Assembly: GCA_945877035.1 (NCBI GenBank)
Contig: CAMCQH010000002.1
Coordinates: 29,197-93,196 of the forward strand
Length of the DNA: 64,000 nt
Source of the DNA: an uncultured Clostridium sp.
Lineage (GTDB): Bacteria; Bacillota; Clostridia; TANB77; CAG-508
Reading direction: 5' to 3'
A program made the position numbers and the translations under genes. Below the pieces are notes generated by a model that was not told the DNA's origin, did not search any database, and saw only the letters and a program-made list of their open reading frames with translations. Shown piece by piece: positions 62,245 through 64,000 of this stretch (position 1 is its first letter; the number at the start of each line of letters is the position of its first letter).

Positions 62245-62439
62245 ATCAAAAATCGATGTATCCTTACTCTTTCTAAGGTTAGAACCCTATTTTCAACATT
62301 CTATCCCTCTTATTCTTTAATTCTTAAAGAACGCTTTACTTTTAGAAAAAGTAAAATCAAAAAGAGCAATAAATCTCAAACGAATTTAATCGTTCAAAAA
62401 ATATTGCTCCATATAAGCTATTCAATTATTATTTTGTAA

Positions 62440-63060
62440 GGTATTTCCCCTTGACGATTATTATATTATCATATTTTTTAGCACTTGTCAAGTATGTTTG
62501 CTAAAATTTATAAAAATATTTTTTAATACTCCAAAAACCTACTAAATAAAGGATAAGAAACCCTTTTTATTTTTTACCGTTATTTATAGGGGTAACAGCA
62601 TCCCCCTGCTGATTGTTGTATATAGGGGTAGGGGTACCATATAATACAATAATTGACTTATTATGCCATGCTCACAAATGCTACAATGTACTTATATCAG
62701 CAACTATAAAGATTATATATAAAAATTAATGCAATAAATAATGCAATAGTATATATATTTTATATAAGGAATAAAGATATTGTAAAGTAAAATTACATTA
62801 CAAGAATACAATAATAATAATAATAATAATATGCATTATACTATAATATCAATATACATATATAATATACCATATAGATAGAAACAATATGAAATATACT
62901 ACATATATATAATATACTGATAATACATAATTGATGTAATAATATACTATAAAATAATAATAGTATAGTATAATATTTTTTTTGGAAAAGTTAAAAAATT
63001 TACTAAAAAGCCTTGACTTTTTGTAGCTACAATGATATAATAATTATAGTTAAAATAAAG
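62440..63060. repeat. extremely AT-rich non-coding region with (AAT)7 at about 62810-62830 and many ATAT tracts; possible origin or att-proximal region
   Basis: Composition and simple repeats seen in sequence; no credible ORF (the track ORF 62947-63405 is low complexity). Confidence 0.5.
63013..63041 (+). promoter_or_regulatory. consensus sigma-A promoter TTGACT-17-TATAAT with palindrome TGTAGCTACA in the spacer, upstream of the RHH gene
   Basis: Seen in sequence. Confidence 0.6.
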
Positions 63061-63071
63061 GAGTTGATAAC

Positions 63072-63233
63072 ATGGAAAATAAAAAAGAACCAGCAAGCAA
63101 AACTTACCGCGTGCGTGTACCGATGTATTTGTCAAAATTACTAGATGAGAAGTTAAAAAAAGAGAATAAAAAATATTCAGATATAGCACGAGAAGGCATA
63201 GAAAAATACTTAAAAAAACCTGAAAAAAAATAA
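63072..63233 (+). CDS. ribbon-helix-helix (CopG/Arc-like) DNA-binding protein, 53 aa
   Basis: …KTYRVRVPMYLSKLLDEKLKKENKKYSDIAREGIEKYL beta-strand plus two helices pattern; AAGGAG RBS. Confidence 0.5.
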   Translation: MENKKEPASKTYRVRVPMYLSKLLDEKLKKENKKYSDIAREGIEKYLKKPEKK

Positions 63234-63252
63234 AAAATATTTGCAAAAAGCA

Positions 63253-63282
63253 TTGACAAAATGTAGCTACATATAGTATAAT
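63253..63282 (+). promoter_or_regulatory. second near-duplicate promoter TTGACA-18-TATAAT with the same TGTAGCTACA palindrome; followed by about 270-nt leader or ncRNA
   Basis: Seen in sequence; shares the AAAAGCxTTGACx…TGTAGCTACA…TATAAT layout with the first promoter. Confidence 0.55.
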
Positions 63283-63559
63283 AAAGACAGTTAAAAAAGA
63301 ACCAAAACAGATATAAAAATATTGATTGCGAATGGTGTTATTGGAAAAGTAGAAAAGCCCAATTAATATATAATAAATATCTGTAAATAAAAAAAATACT
63401 TGCATATAGTGACAATTACTTGGCGGTAAGCACTATATACAAGCTACACAAAAATACTATCAAAAGTATTTCATATTTTTATAATAACATAATTTTATAA
63501 AATATGCAAGCCTCTTTTGGTAGTAAAGTAAAACTTATTATCAAAGGAGGTGTTTTTAT

Positions 63560-63790
63560 ATGTTAAAAACAGTAATAAAAAAAGACAAAAACAATAGTAC
63601 AATACTTTCATTGAGTACCAGTTATGAACCATTTAATTATAACGAAGAAGGCAAAATGTATTTAAGTTTTCACACAACAAAAAGCGTAAATGCAATATTG
63701 AACAAAAAAGAACTTGACATATTAATTAATAGGCTTGTAGAAGCTAGAAACTTTTTAGAAGAAAAAAATAAACAAAAAAATATAAAATAA
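63560..63790 (+). CDS. small hypothetical protein (76 aa), AAGGAGG RBS
   Basis: ORF plus SD. Confidence 0.4.
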   Translation: MLKTVIKKDKNNSTILSLSTSYEPFNYNEEGKMYLSFHTTKSVNAILNKKELDILINRLVEARNFLEEKNKQKNIK

Positions 63791-63805
63791 ATGGAGGTTT
63801 AAACA

Positions 63806-63961
63806 ATGAAAAAACAAACTAAATTTATAGTATTTAACAGAATTACAGGCAAAAAAGGCAATAAACTATACAACACTTTGCAGGAAGCAATAAACGAAGC
63901 TTGCAGAAAAAACGATAAAATAAAAAGTTACAATTTTTTAGTAACAAGTATAAAACAATAA
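63806..63961 (+). CDS. small basic hypothetical protein (51 aa), GGAGG RBS
   Basis: Manual translation MKKQTKFIVFNRITGKKGNKLYNTLQEAINEACRKNDKIKSYNFLVTSIKQ. Confidence 0.35.
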   Translation: MKKQTKFIVFNRITGKKGNKLYNTLQEAINEACRKNDKIKSYNFLVTSIKQ

Positions 63962-64000
63962 TTTGGAGGTATAAAAAAATGGAGAATAAGGAAATTAATG

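Noticed and set aside
62947-63405. 152-aa minus-strand ORF
   Set aside because: Encoded by AT-rich simple repeats with an extremely low-complexity Phe/Leu/Ile/Tyr translation; overlaps consensus promoters and the RHH gene on the other strand.

Overview
AT-rich (about 28-30% GC) Firmicutes/Clostridia-like chromosomal window. Positions 1-19200 are core housekeeping genes, mostly on the minus strand: pnp-rpsO, a PIN-domain protein, a Fic operon, the ctsR-mcsA-mcsB-clpC stress operon with recognisable CtsR boxes, a GH25/LysM lysozyme, a RelE/RelB pair, eno, recN and murI. Positions 19300-25750 look accessory: an AraC/GyrI-like regulator, then a two-gene operon (HerA/FtsK-superfamily ATPase plus a protein with a strictly periodic Cys-x5 repeat) that I regard as the best candidate for an undescribed system. 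Next to it, a TasA/camelysin-like secreted-protein islet with no SipW sits between two tRNA-Gln genes. Positions 26000-38130 return to core functions: an L,D-transpeptidase, mutS2, a thymidylate-metabolism cluster (dCMP deaminase, splB, folA, PHP, thyX), a radical SAM enzyme, a short FtsZ paralog with no C-terminal tail, and a rubredoxin-fused [FeFe] hydrogenase. From about 38260 to at least 62300 lies a siphovirus-like prophage on the minus strand, running HNH, endolysin, holin, three tandem receptor-binding-like paralogs, tail genes, tape measure, a G/GT chaperone pair with the expected -1 slippery site, head genes, portal, terminase, an array of at least 8 tRNAs, and a RepA_N-like gene next to iteron-like repeats. 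The prophage carries several frame disruptions (terL +1, Dit-like -1, in-frame TAA and TAG stops, a start offset by an A7 run), a (TC)11 repeat inside a small coupled ORF, and an 87-nt GC-rich foreign patch at a tail-fibre C-terminus. The right end (62440-64000) is an AT-rich repeat region followed by plus-strand small genes driven by two near-duplicate promoters that each carry a TGTAGCTACA palindrome. A dispersed family of GGGACG-core palindromic hairpins recurs in intergenic regions. All calls rest on reading the translations and sequence by eye; no searches were run.
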